Origin: a virus
IMG/VR virus record: IMGVR_UViG_3300043446_003702
Location: 64,001 to 128,000 of that record
Direction: 5' to 3' (one strand)
Length of the DNA: 64,000 nucleotides
Under the pieces are notes generated by a model. It did not search any database. It saw nothing but the letters and a program-made list of their open reading frames with translations, and was not told the origin of the DNA. The position numbers and the translations under genes were made by a program. Positions 46,613 to 55,915 of this stretch are shown piece after piece; positions within the stretch are counted from its first letter, which is position 1, and each line of letters opens with the position of its first letter.

Positions 46613-47439
46613 AAAAAATTTGCAATGTCCAAGTCTAGTGCTTGTTCATATTCGTGATCACACTCAGTGCATTTTATTTTCAATGGCGGTATATCACTCT
46701 GTTGTCTCAGAGACACCACATGTTCTCGTATTTGATTGTATATTTTACTTTCACAATTTCTTAAAAATTCTTCAATCTGTGCTGAGTCTGACACTACATC
46801 ATTGGGTGTTTTGATAATTGCAATGCTTTGGCAGATTATGTTTATTGTTAAATCAGTGATGATTTTCAATGCCTGAGTTAGTCGACTCATTTTTTCTTCT
46901 TCAGGCAATTCTGAAGTTGGCAGTGTAGACAAAATCTTTTGTTGCTCAAATTGTGCAATACTACTTTGATTTTGTTGTTCGTAGGTGACTGGTTTAAACA
47001 CAATTTCTAAATCACCATAGTGAACAGTTTCGGCAAAATTTGGAACACGAAGTTGATCTAAGATTGTGCGCAGATCCAGTGCGTATTCTTCTTCATGGCT
47101 GCATGACGGACATGTGGCATTTAGGCCCATTTCGTGTCCTTGGCTGGCAATACGTATGGCTATCAACAATGGACTGAGATCAATGTTGGGCACATGCCAA
47201 GCATTTTTGATAGCAGGAACACAACTTTGTATCACACTGATCACTGCTTGTCCGTTGAACAAGGCATCTGGTGTGCGATATGTTATTTCGTCAATGGCAG
47301 TCATGGGATATATTGGTACCTCTCCATTGGCGGGCAGGTCCAACGAGGCTGCTGGCCAATATCGTCCAGCACTGGGCAATTTTAGATAGATTGCAGGTTG
47401 TCTAAAAAATTGTCGTAACGGATTGGGTGATTGGGTCAT
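46597..47439 (-). CDS. Baseplate hub assembly/tail chaperone protein, gp26-like
   Basis: YLKLPS.G...PMTAIDEI...DALFNG...LLIAIRIAS.G; two CxxC pairs (CPSC, CTEC); ends ANFF. Confidence 0.75.
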   Translation of the reverse strand: MTQSPNPLRQFFRQPAIYLKLPSAGRYWPAASLDLPANGEVPIYPMTAIDEITYRTPDALFNGQAVISVIQSCVPAIKNAWHVPNIDLSPLLIAIRIASQGHEMGLNATCPSCSHEEEYALDLRTILDQLRVPNFAETVHYGDLEIVFKPVTYEQQNQSSIAQFEQQKILSTLPTSELPEEEKMSRLTQALKIITDLTINIICQSIAIIKTPNDVVSDSAQIEEFLRNCESKIYNQIREHVVSLRQQSDIPPLKIKCTECDHEYEQALDLDIANFFASAS

Positions 47440-47442
47440 TTT

Positions 47443-47476
47443 TGTACCTATAAATATAGTTCTACTTATAGGTACA
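47443..47476. promoter_or_regulatory. Palindromic pair of divergent late promoters
   Basis: 11-bp inverted repeat TGTACCTATAA/TTATAGGTACA carrying TATAAATA (+, 47449-47456) and TATAAGTA (-, 47470-47463). Confidence 0.7.
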
Positions 47477-47481
47477 CAACC

Positions 47482-49911
47482 ATGACACCAGAAGAAAATC
47501 TCGCCAGGATCACAGAAGAAGTAAACGAGCAGATGCGCCGGTTTGGATATATTTTGCCAGAAACCAATCGACGACTACTGGAAGCACAGACCGGCATACA
47601 AAACTTTGGATTCAAAGTACAAATAGCCACAAGTGTCATGGGCAATTTGGCTGATGCTGTAGGTGACTATACCAAGGCCATGTACCGTGGCGAACAGGGT
47701 GCCGCAGTATTCAATAGTTCAATGAGCAAAATGACCGATGCAGTATCAACGCTTGCTATTGGACTGAGTTTGTTGATGCCCGGCGGGCCTATCATGAAAG
47801 CGGTAACTGCCGGACTGACTGCATTGGGTGTGTATGCTTTAAAAACCGCTGAAGATTTGGCTGCAGTGTCAAAAACCCAGGCAGACACCATGTACTCGGC
47901 ATTCAGCCAGTTGGCCGAAAGTGGTGCTGTGGGAGCCGACGGTATTGAAGGGCTGTTCAACGACATACAAAAGTTGGGATTGAATGTTACCAAACTTGAC
48001 AGATTCTTGTCACTGGCTGGACAAAATGCTGACGCCATGGCTGCCATGGGTGGTACAGTGCTCAAAGGACGACAACAATTTGCCGAACTTGGTCGCAGCA
48101 TGGCTGGTTACAACGAGTCATTTCGCAAACTGGGAATGGATCAAGATGCACAAGCCGAAGCCATATTAGAGTACGCCACAATGCAAGCCAAAATCAGTCG
48201 CGGTACTATCAATGATTTTGGCCAATTGGGCAAAAGTGCTTATGAATTAATACTGCAACAAGATGCACTGACCAAAGTAACTGGACTCAGTCGTAAACAA
48301 CAACAACAAGCCCTGCAAGAAGCACAAAGAAACGAAAAGTTTCTAGCAGCCCAAAACAAAATTAGACGCCAATTTGGTGAGGGCAGTGATGCCATGAAGC
48401 AGTTGGCGGCGTTGACCACTCTTACAAAAGAGCTAGGTGATGACGTTTTCAAAGGCATGCAAGACATGATGAGTGGTGGTGCACCTACTCCTGAATCAAA
48501 AGCATTGTTGTCAATGGCTCCAGAAATGTTTCAATTGATACAACAATTAAAGGCTGGCAAATTTCAAGGAGATCAACAAGGGTTTGAAAAAGGATTTGAC
48601 GAAGTTCTAAAAAGCATGGCTCGCAGTAGCAAAAGCCAAGAAGAATTGGCCATGTTTGGAAAATCCGTGGGTGGAATGTATTCATCATTGACCAAGGCCG
48701 AGTCCATGATGAACCGTGGTGGCTTGCAGCAAAATCTTGAAGCGGCCCGACTAAATCAAGCAGCTCAACTGGGAGACAAAACTGGGCAAGTGGCAAAACA
48801 AGCAGAACTTCGTGCGGCTCAGAACGAAGTCATGTTGGCAGAACAAGCATTTATACAAACTGGATTGCCCAGTTTACTAAGAGATGCTTCAATGGTTGTG
48901 CAAAAAGACATACTTGATTTGGTAAAAAAGATTGGGCAAACTTTGGGAGAAGGTATAGTTGTGGGTCGTCAATCTAGCAGATTTGGCCCTGAAAGTGTTG
49001 GGGTCTTGGACAACTTGCCTGACAATGCTGATCAACGTTTGGATCGACGATTTATACGTAGCAATCCTGATGGTAGTCAGAGTTCAGCAGGTCCAGTTGG
49101 TCCAAACAATCCTAGAGTTGACAATCGACCAATGCCACCTTGGAGCCAAAGCAATCCTTTGCCAGTGATAATCCAGCCACCAGTACCGCCTATAACTACT
49201 GATGAGCAAACTTCGCCACCGCCACGCCCTCCACGCATGTATGACCAACTATTTCCGCCTCCAGTTCCGGCCAGAGAAGACGGCACAGCAGGAGTACTTG
49301 GTAAATTGTTTGAACCCAAAGACATCATTGCACAGTTGCACAAAGGCGAACGTGTGCTCAACAAAAATGAAAATACTGATTTGACCAAGTTGTTCAACAT
49401 GGTCAGTGGTGAAAAGTCGCAAAAGAAAATAATGGATGCTCAGGGCGAAATGCTCAAGGTAATTGACAAGATTACCAGTGGAATAAAACTCACTGCCAAG
49501 TCAGGGGGCAATAAAGAATTTTCCGCAGCCGCTGCAGACATGTCTTCACAAATTCCATCCACTGATACTGTACAAAAAACAATGATTGATCTGCAAGGAC
49601 AGATGCTGCAGAAAATGGAAAACTTTGCCATGCCTACATCAGCAGACAGTCAGGCAGCACTGTTGGGCGACATGCCCAAACTAGACATCAACAAAGAATC
49701 AGTGGAACAACTGGGGCAGAATATAAAAGACAGCATGGGTGAAGAGTTCAAGTCAGCTGTGACCAGTATTAACCGACTAGCCGAACAAATGCAGAGCCGC
49801 GGCGACACAGGGCTGCAACAGCAAATGGTAGGATTGTTGGAAGAAATTCGTCGCAGTCAACAAGCCACAGCCAAAGCCAGTGGGCGATTAGCACAGGTGG
49901 CCAGTAATTAA
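47482..49911 (+). CDS. Tail tape-measure-like protein
   Basis: Long helical Ala/Gln/Met-rich sequence; LTKVTGLSRKQQ and AQLHKGERVL motifs; start moved to ATG 47482 downstream of the late promoter. Confidence 0.65.
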   Translation: MTPEENLARITEEVNEQMRRFGYILPETNRRLLEAQTGIQNFGFKVQIATSVMGNLADAVGDYTKAMYRGEQGAAVFNSSMSKMTDAVSTLAIGLSLLMPGGPIMKAVTAGLTALGVYALKTAEDLAAVSKTQADTMYSAFSQLAESGAVGADGIEGLFNDIQKLGLNVTKLDRFLSLAGQNADAMAAMGGTVLKGRQQFAELGRSMAGYNESFRKLGMDQDAQAEAILEYATMQAKISRGTINDFGQLGKSAYELILQQDALTKVTGLSRKQQQQALQEAQRNEKFLAAQNKIRRQFGEGSDAMKQLAALTTLTKELGDDVFKGMQDMMSGGAPTPESKALLSMAPEMFQLIQQLKAGKFQGDQQGFEKGFDEVLKSMARSSKSQEELAMFGKSVGGMYSSLTKAESMMNRGGLQQNLEAARLNQAAQLGDKTGQVAKQAELRAAQNEVMLAEQAFIQTGLPSLLRDASMVVQKDILDLVKKIGQTLGEGIVVGRQSSRFGPESVGVLDNLPDNADQRLDRRFIRSNPDGSQSSAGPVGPNNPRVDNRPMPPWSQSNPLPVIIQPPVPPITTDEQTSPPPRPPRMYDQLFPPPVPAREDGTAGVLGKLFEPKDIIAQLHKGERVLNKNENTDLTKLFNMVSGEKSQKKIMDAQGEMLKVIDKITSGIKLTAKSGGNKEFSAAAADMSSQIPSTDTVQKTMIDLQGQMLQKMENFAMPTSADSQAALLGDMPKLDINKESVEQLGQNIKDSMGEEFKSAVTSINRLAEQMQSRGDTGLQQQMVGLLEEIRRSQQATAKASGRLAQVASN

Positions 49912-49912
49912 C

Positions 49913-49920
49913 AATAAATA
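49913..49920 (+). promoter_or_regulatory. Late-promoter-like AATAAATA
   Basis: 7 nt before the portal ATG. Confidence 0.65.
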
Positions 49921-49927
49921 ATCAACT

Positions 49928-51712
49928 ATGGCAGAATCCAAACAACCCGGCTGGCGCAAATATTTCAAAGTGGCAGACACTACAGGTGTCATGAGTCCTA
50001 TTTCAGGCAGGAACCAATTTGGACTCCCTGGCTACACCAAAAATGATGGCTCAGACACTGGTATGCCTGCAGACTTTATCTTTCGCAACTATGCGTCAAG
50101 ACTGCCCGAAGTGTACTCAGGACACCCCAATCGTATTGAACGCTACAATCAGTATGAAAACATGGACATGGACTCAGAAATCAATGCATGCCTGGACATC
50201 ATTGCTGAGTTTTCCACACAGATGAACGAACAAAACGGTACACCTTTTGAAGTTGATTATCGTGAAAAACCCACAGACAACGAAGTGTCAATCATCAAGA
50301 AGCAGTTACAACAATGGGTCAAACTCAACAAGCTGGATCAGCGCATATTCAAACTGTTCCGCAACACCATCAAGTACGGTGATCAAGTGTTTGTGCGTGA
50401 CCCAGAAACTTTTGAAATGATGTGGGTGGACATGAGCAAAGTTGCCCGTGTTATTGTAAACGAATCAGAAGGCAAGAGACCCGAGCAGTATGTGATTCGT
50501 GACATCAACCCCAACTTTCAAAACATGACTGTGGCAGCAAAAACCACCACAGACTACATGACCAACCCAGTGACAGGAACAATTTCAGGCAATGCCAACT
50601 ACACCATGCCCAATGGCGGCACTGGTGGCGGTGTGGGCAACAGTCGTTTTATAACTGCCATGAACGAAGTTTGCTTGGATGCCAAGCACGTGGTACACAT
50701 GAGCCTTAACGAAGGCCTAGACGTGTTTTGGCCTTTTGGACGCAGTATCCTGGAACAGATCTACAAGGTATTCAAGCAGAAAGAACTGTTGGAAGATGCA
50801 GTGCTGATCTATCGTGTGAGCCGTGCTCCTGAGCGCAGAATCTTCAAAATTGACGTGGGCAATATGCCATCACACTTGGCCATGGCTTTTGTAGAACGTG
50901 TGAAAAATGAAATGCATCAGCGAAGAATTCCTACCATGACCGGTGGTGGTAACAACATGATGGATGCGTCATATAACCCACTCAGTATTAATGAAGATTA
51001 TTTCTTTCCCCAAGGGGCAGACGGGCGTGGTTCAAGCGTGGATACACTGCAAGGTGGACAAAATCTGGGCGAAATTGATGACTTGAAATATTTCAACAAC
51101 AAAATGGCTCGTGGTTTACGTGTGCCCAGCAGTTATTTGCCCACTGGTCCAGACGATTCAGACCGTGCCATGACTGATGGAAAAGTAGGCACAGCACTGA
51201 TACAAGAGTACAGATTTAATCAGTATTGCGAACGACTACAGGCCTTGATTGTGCAGAAATTAGACGACGAATTCAAGATGTTTATGAAATGGCGTGGGTT
51301 TAATATAGACTCTAGCCTGTTTAATTTGAAGTTTAATGCACCTCAAAACTTTGCCAGTTATCGTCAAAGCGAACTAGATACCACACGCATTGGCGCATTT
51401 ACACAGTTGGAACAACTGCCGTACATGAGCAAACGTTTTATGTTGCAGCGTTTTTTAGGATTAACCGAAGAAGAAATTGCAGAAAACGAAGAAATGTGGC
51501 GCGAAGAACGCGATGATCCCAAGTTGGAAACCAATGCAGGACAGGATATGCGCAGTATTGGTATTACTCCAGGTGCATTAGAATCTGACATTGAAACTGG
51601 TGAAGAAGTTGCTGGCATGGCAGCAGCAGGAGCAGCACCTGCTGGCGCTGGTCCTGTGCCTGTAGTTCCTGGTGGTGCACCTGCCCCTGCTGCTCCCCCT
51701 GGTGCAGTATAA
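49928..51712 (+). CDS. gp20: Portal protein, gp20
   Basis: LLEDAVLIYRVSRAPERRIFKIDVGNMP, EDYFFP, TLQGGQNLGEIDD..YF..K...LRVP.S. Confidence 0.95.
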   Translation: MAESKQPGWRKYFKVADTTGVMSPISGRNQFGLPGYTKNDGSDTGMPADFIFRNYASRLPEVYSGHPNRIERYNQYENMDMDSEINACLDIIAEFSTQMNEQNGTPFEVDYREKPTDNEVSIIKKQLQQWVKLNKLDQRIFKLFRNTIKYGDQVFVRDPETFEMMWVDMSKVARVIVNESEGKRPEQYVIRDINPNFQNMTVAAKTTTDYMTNPVTGTISGNANYTMPNGGTGGGVGNSRFITAMNEVCLDAKHVVHMSLNEGLDVFWPFGRSILEQIYKVFKQKELLEDAVLIYRVSRAPERRIFKIDVGNMPSHLAMAFVERVKNEMHQRRIPTMTGGGNNMMDASYNPLSINEDYFFPQGADGRGSSVDTLQGGQNLGEIDDLKYFNNKMARGLRVPSSYLPTGPDDSDRAMTDGKVGTALIQEYRFNQYCERLQALIVQKLDDEFKMFMKWRGFNIDSSLFNLKFNAPQNFASYRQSELDTTRIGAFTQLEQLPYMSKRFMLQRFLGLTEEEIAENEEMWREERDDPKLETNAGQDMRSIGITPGALESDIETGEEVAGMAAAGAAPAGAGPVPVVPGGAPAPAAPPGAV

Positions 51713-51715
51713 ATA
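51708..51715 (+). promoter_or_regulatory. T4-type late promoter TATAAATA
   Basis: Exact consensus overlapping the portal stop, 5 nt before ATG 51721. Confidence 0.75.
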
Positions 51716-51720
51716 ACAAC

Positions 51721-51942
51721 ATGTTGTTAACTGAATTTTTTCGCAAAGACCCAGAAGCATTTCAAAACTTGTCGCAAGACAACAGTCAGCCACAAGAGAG
51801 TGATCTGCGCAAAACTCGTCTCACACTGCGTCAACTCAACAAGTTGAGAAAAATGAATGACGTAAGAATGTATGAGTTCAAAGAGAAACTCAAACTGGTG
51901 CGCAAACAATATGCACCACCTCCTGCCGCCCCGGCAATGTAA
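51721..51942 (+). CDS. Small prohead-associated protein
   Basis: 73 aa, RKTRLTLRQLNKLRKM; lies between portal and core genes. Confidence 0.7.
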   Translation: MLLTEFFRKDPEAFQNLSQDNSQPQESDLRKTRLTLRQLNKLRKMNDVRMYEFKEKLKLVRKQYAPPPAAPAM

Positions 51943-52001
51943 TAAATTTTTTACATTTATTGGCCTTTTGGCCCCTTAAACCACGTCTTTTTCTCCTTGT
52001 G

Positions 52002-52009
52002 TGTAAATA
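52002..52009 (+). promoter_or_regulatory. Late-promoter-like TGTAAATA
   Basis: Upstream of an AGGAG RBS and ATG 52041. Confidence 0.6.
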
Positions 52010-52040
52010 ACAGCACACTTTACCTATAGGAGTTTCCCAT

Positions 52041-52880
52041 ATGAACCGTTTTGAACAATTGATTGAATATGTAATCAATGACGAAGAGGCGAAAGCCCGC
52101 GAACTTTTCCACGACATTGTTGTGGAGAAAAGCCGTCAGATCTATGAAAATATCATGGCTGAAGAAGCCGAAGAAGATATTGAAGAAGCCAAAGAAGAAG
52201 AACTCGACGAAGGCGAAGAAGAACTAGACGAAGCCGAAGAAGACATTGAAGAAGGTGCCATGGGCGGCGATGCCAGTGACGACCTGATCGATGACGTGGA
52301 AATGGAAGAAGAATCTGACATGAACATGGAAGCCGAAGGCGACGAAGAAGAAGAATTTGACATTGGTGTCAGCGACGACGAAGGTGGCAGCGAACCAGCA
52401 ACCAAAGACGACATCATGAATTTAGAAGACAAACTGGACCAGTTAATGGCCGAGTTTGAAGACCTCATGGGCAGCGATGACATGGGTGACGGCGATGGCT
52501 TTGGTCCCGACGAAGGTGGCGACGCCATTGAAATAGACGACACAGACGAAATGGAACCCGGCATGATGGAAGCTGTGAGTCTCAAAGCAGCCCCAAAGCC
52601 CACAACCAGTGAAGAAGGCGGTGTAAACAAGAAGTCTACCTATGCAGCTAACAGCGGACAGGCAGGCATGGCCAGCCGTCCAGTTCACACTGGTGCCAGC
52701 GAAGGTGGACATCATGACACAGCCGCTTATAGAAACACCACAAAAGACTTGATCGGCAAAGTGGGTAACACACCTGCACAAGGCACACAAAAGCCTTCAG
52801 CAGCACCAAAGCCTAAAATGGGCGCCGGTAGCGAAGGTCAAAACAACAAGAGCCCACTTCCCGGCGGACGTAAGGGTTAA
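52041..52880 (+). CDS. Acidic prohead core protein (gp67/68-like position)
   Basis: Highly Glu/Asp-rich with many (I/L)-x-E motifs; between portal and protease. Confidence 0.65.
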   Translation: MNRFEQLIEYVINDEEAKARELFHDIVVEKSRQIYENIMAEEAEEDIEEAKEEELDEGEEELDEAEEDIEEGAMGGDASDDLIDDVEMEEESDMNMEAEGDEEEEFDIGVSDDEGGSEPATKDDIMNLEDKLDQLMAEFEDLMGSDDMGDGDGFGPDEGGDAIEIDDTDEMEPGMMEAVSLKAAPKPTTSEEGGVNKKSTYAANSGQAGMASRPVHTGASEGGHHDTAAYRNTTKDLIGKVGNTPAQGTQKPSAAPKPKMGAGSEGQNNKSPLPGGRKG

Positions 52881-52884
52881 TTAG

Positions 52885-53523
52885 ATGTCATCTAGATACC
52901 TTAGAGAAGATCTTACTTTTAGCCAAGCCAACATCCAAATCTTAGAAGAGGCGGATGTGGCTGGTAAAAAGCATCTCTACCTCAAGGGCATTTGCATTGA
53001 AGGCGACAAGCGCAATGCCAATGAACGTATCTACCCCCGACACGAAATTATCAAGGCAGTAGAAACCATTAACGAACAGATCCACAACGGTAACTCCGTA
53101 CTAGGTGAAGTGGACCATCCAGATGATCTAAAAATCAACTTAGATCGTGTGTGCCACACAGTTGAAGGCATGTGGATGGACGGACATGCTGGTTGCGGTA
53201 AGTTGAAGATATTGCCAACTCCCATGGGAGAATTGATTAAAACGCTGATCACGTCAGGTGTAAAACTTGGCGTCAGCAGTCGTGGCAGCGGCAACGTGGA
53301 CGACAGAACAGGACATGTAAGTGACTTTGAAATTGTCACTATAGATGTAGTTGCACAACCCAGTGCACCCAATGCTTATCCCACAGCAATTTATGAAGGC
53401 CTCATGAACATGAAGCACGGTCATAAGCTGATGGAAATGGCACGGGAGTCTGGCGAGAGCGACAAAGTGCAGAGATACCTCAAGAATGAAGTTAAAAGAC
53501 TCATTCGGGATCTCAAAATCTAA
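52885..53523 (+). CDS. gp21: Prohead protease, gp21
   Basis: RNANERIYP, LGEVDHP, GKLKILPTPMG, LGVSSRGSG, DVVAQPSAP.A. Confidence 0.95.
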   Translation: MSSRYLREDLTFSQANIQILEEADVAGKKHLYLKGICIEGDKRNANERIYPRHEIIKAVETINEQIHNGNSVLGEVDHPDDLKINLDRVCHTVEGMWMDGHAGCGKLKILPTPMGELIKTLITSGVKLGVSSRGSGNVDDRTGHVSDFEIVTIDVVAQPSAPNAYPTAIYEGLMNMKHGHKLMEMARESGESDKVQRYLKNEVKRLIRDLKI

Positions 53524-53535
53524 GGAGAACCAGGA

Positions 53536-54624
53536 ATGTTTGATGCAATCAAACCCCTGCTCGACAGCGGCCTAATTAACGAAGACGTTAGTAAAGAACT
53601 CAACGAAGCTTGGGAAGGAAAACTTAACGAAGCCCGTGAACAGGTACGTGCAGAACTCAGAGAAGAGTTTGCACAACGCTACGAGCATGACAAAACAGTG
53701 ATGGTAGAAGCCCTAGACAAGATGGTAACAGAAGGTTTGGCCGCAGAAATTGCGCAAGTGGCTGCTGAAAAGCAAGCACTGGCGGAAGATCGCGTTCGTT
53801 TCCAAGGCAAGATGAAAGAGTCAGCTACAAAGTTCAACAACTTTATGGTTTCTAAACTTGCAGAAGAAATTGGCGAACTGCGCAAAGACCGCAAGATGCA
53901 TACCGAAGGAGTGTCAAAACTTGAAAACTTCGTGGTGCAGGCATTGGCACGTGAAATCACAGAATTCGCCAAAGACAAACGTGATGTCGTAGAGACAAAA
54001 GTGCGTCTGGTACGTGAAGCCCGTGGCAAACTTGAAGCATTGAAGAGCCGTTTCGTAAAAGAATCAGCTGAGAAAATGAGTCAAGCTGTTAGTCGTCATC
54101 TCAAGGCTGAGTTGAATCAGTTACAAGAAGACATCAAAATTGCTCGTGAGAACAATTTTGGTCGCAGAATCTTCGAAGCGTATGCAGCAGAGTTCGGTGC
54201 TACCCATCTCAATGAGAAGGCAGAAGTCCGTAAACTGTATGATGTTATTGCTGAGAAAGATCAAAAATTGCGTAAAGCAATTGAACTCACCCAACACGCC
54301 AAAGTGGTGGTGGAGTCCAAAGAACGTGAACTGCGTATGATCCGAGAATCCAATGAGCGCGAAAGTACTCTGGATGAATTGCTGCGTCCCTTGAACCGGG
54401 AAAAGCAAGAAGTCATGCGTAATTTACTCGAAAGCGTTCAAACACCACGTTTGAAGTCAGCTTTTGAAAAGTATCTACCAGCAGTGTTGGAAGATAGATC
54501 TGTGAAAGCCCGTAAAGTAATTGCAGAATCTGTTACCGCAGTAACTGGTGATAAAAATACTGTACCCACGGTGTCGGAAGATCGCAGCAACGTGATTGAC
54601 CTCAAGCGCCTGGCAGGTCTTTAA
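53536..54624 (+). CDS. gp22: Prohead scaffold, gp22-like
   Basis: Long Glu/Lys coiled coil between protease and major capsid genes; TAAGGAG RBS. Confidence 0.8.
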   Translation: MFDAIKPLLDSGLINEDVSKELNEAWEGKLNEAREQVRAELREEFAQRYEHDKTVMVEALDKMVTEGLAAEIAQVAAEKQALAEDRVRFQGKMKESATKFNNFMVSKLAEEIGELRKDRKMHTEGVSKLENFVVQALAREITEFAKDKRDVVETKVRLVREARGKLEALKSRFVKESAEKMSQAVSRHLKAELNQLQEDIKIARENNFGRRIFEAYAAEFGATHLNEKAEVRKLYDVIAEKDQKLRKAIELTQHAKVVVESKERELRMIRESNERESTLDELLRPLNREKQEVMRNLLESVQTPRLKSAFEKYLPAVLEDRSVKARKVIAESVTAVTGDKNTVPTVSEDRSNVIDLKRLAGL

Positions 54625-54643
54625 TCTTAACAAGGAGACTTAA

Positions 54644-55840
54644 ATGTCACAAGAACTATTAGAAAGTCGTTGGGGCGAAACCAAAGAGGCACTGTTAGAA
54701 GGTCTTAATGGAACCAAACGCAATAGCATGAATGTAATCCTCGAGAATACACGTCGCTATTTGAAAGAGAATGCAAGTGCAGGTTCTACTGCGTCTGGCA
54801 ACATTGCCACACTTAACCGTGTGATTCTGCCAGTGATCCGTCGTGTGATGCCCACCGTTATTGCTAACGAGTTGGTTGGCGTTCAGCCTATGACTGGTCC
54901 AGTTGGTCAAATTCACACCTTGCGTGTGCGTTATGCCAACTCATTGACAGACAATTCAGCAGCCGCTACCAGCGTGAGTGCTGGTGAAGAAGCATTGAGC
55001 CCATTTAAAATTGCTCAAGCATATTCAACTGTGCCTGCAGGTACAAACACAGCTACTAACTATACTGGTAACAACACAGCTACCATGGAAGGTACTGGCG
55101 GTAAGCAAATTTCCGTTCAGATCTTGAAACAAGCCGTTGAAGCTCGCACACGTAAGTTGCAAGCTCGCTGGACATTTGAATCTGCTCAAGACGCACAAGC
55201 CATGCACGGTATTGACGTTGAAGCAGAAATCATGGCAGCATTGGCTCAAGAGATCACTGCTGAAATTGACCAAGAAATCTTGTTGTCATTGCGCTCATTG
55301 GCTGCCACTGAGTTCACATACAACCAAGCAACTGTTTCTGGTACAGCAACATTCGTTGGTGACGAACACGCCGCATTGGCAGTGTTGGTCAACCGTGTTG
55401 CTAACTTGATTGCTCAACGCACACGTCGTGGCGCTGGTAACTACGCTGTGGTTTCCTCTGCTGCTTTGACTGTGTTGCAAAGTGCAACAACCAGTGCATT
55501 TGCACGTACCACAGAAGGTACCTTTGAAGCACCCACAAACACCAAGTTTGTTGGTACATTGAACGGCTCTATGCGTGTGTTCGTTGACAGCTATGCTGCT
55601 GACACACAATCAGTATTGGTCGGTTACAAAGGTTCTTCAGAAGCTGACGCACCAGCATTCTACTGCCCATACATTCCCTTGATGAGCAGTGGTGTTGTGC
55701 TTGATCCAACAACCTTTGAACCAGTGGTGTCATTCATGACACGCTATGGTTACATTGAGTTGACCAACACTGCCAGCAGCTTCGGCAACGCTGGTGACTA
55801 TGTTGGTGAGATCGCAGTTTCCAACTTGTCATTCTCCTAA
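54644..55840 (+). CDS. gp23: Major capsid protein, gp23
   Basis: VIRRVMPTVIANELVGVQPMTGPVGQI, RKLQARWTFE.AQD..AMHG.D.EAE, FYCPYIPL, FMTRYG. Confidence 0.96.
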   Translation: MSQELLESRWGETKEALLEGLNGTKRNSMNVILENTRRYLKENASAGSTASGNIATLNRVILPVIRRVMPTVIANELVGVQPMTGPVGQIHTLRVRYANSLTDNSAAATSVSAGEEALSPFKIAQAYSTVPAGTNTATNYTGNNTATMEGTGGKQISVQILKQAVEARTRKLQARWTFESAQDAQAMHGIDVEAEIMAALAQEITAEIDQEILLSLRSLAATEFTYNQATVSGTATFVGDEHAALAVLVNRVANLIAQRTRRGAGNYAVVSSAALTVLQSATTSAFARTTEGTFEAPTNTKFVGTLNGSMRVFVDSYAADTQSVLVGYKGSSEADAPAFYCPYIPLMSSGVVLDPTTFEPVVSFMTRYGYIELTNTASSFGNAGDYVGEIAVSNLSFS

Positions 55841-55872
55841 TCAGAGAACAACTACCCAGGGATGGGAAGTTC

Positions 55873-55898
55873 AAAAAACCCGCTGAGGCGGGTTTTTT
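55873..55898 (+). terminator. Intrinsic (possibly bidirectional) terminator after gp23
   Basis: AAAAAACCCGC-TGAG-GCGGGTTTTTT. Confidence 0.9.
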
Positions 55899-55915
55899 GT
55901 TGGCTAAGTATTGCC

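Noticed and set aside
52150-52560. GAA-rich repetitive DNA
   Set aside because: It encodes the Glu/Asp-rich prohead core protein and is not an independent repeat element.
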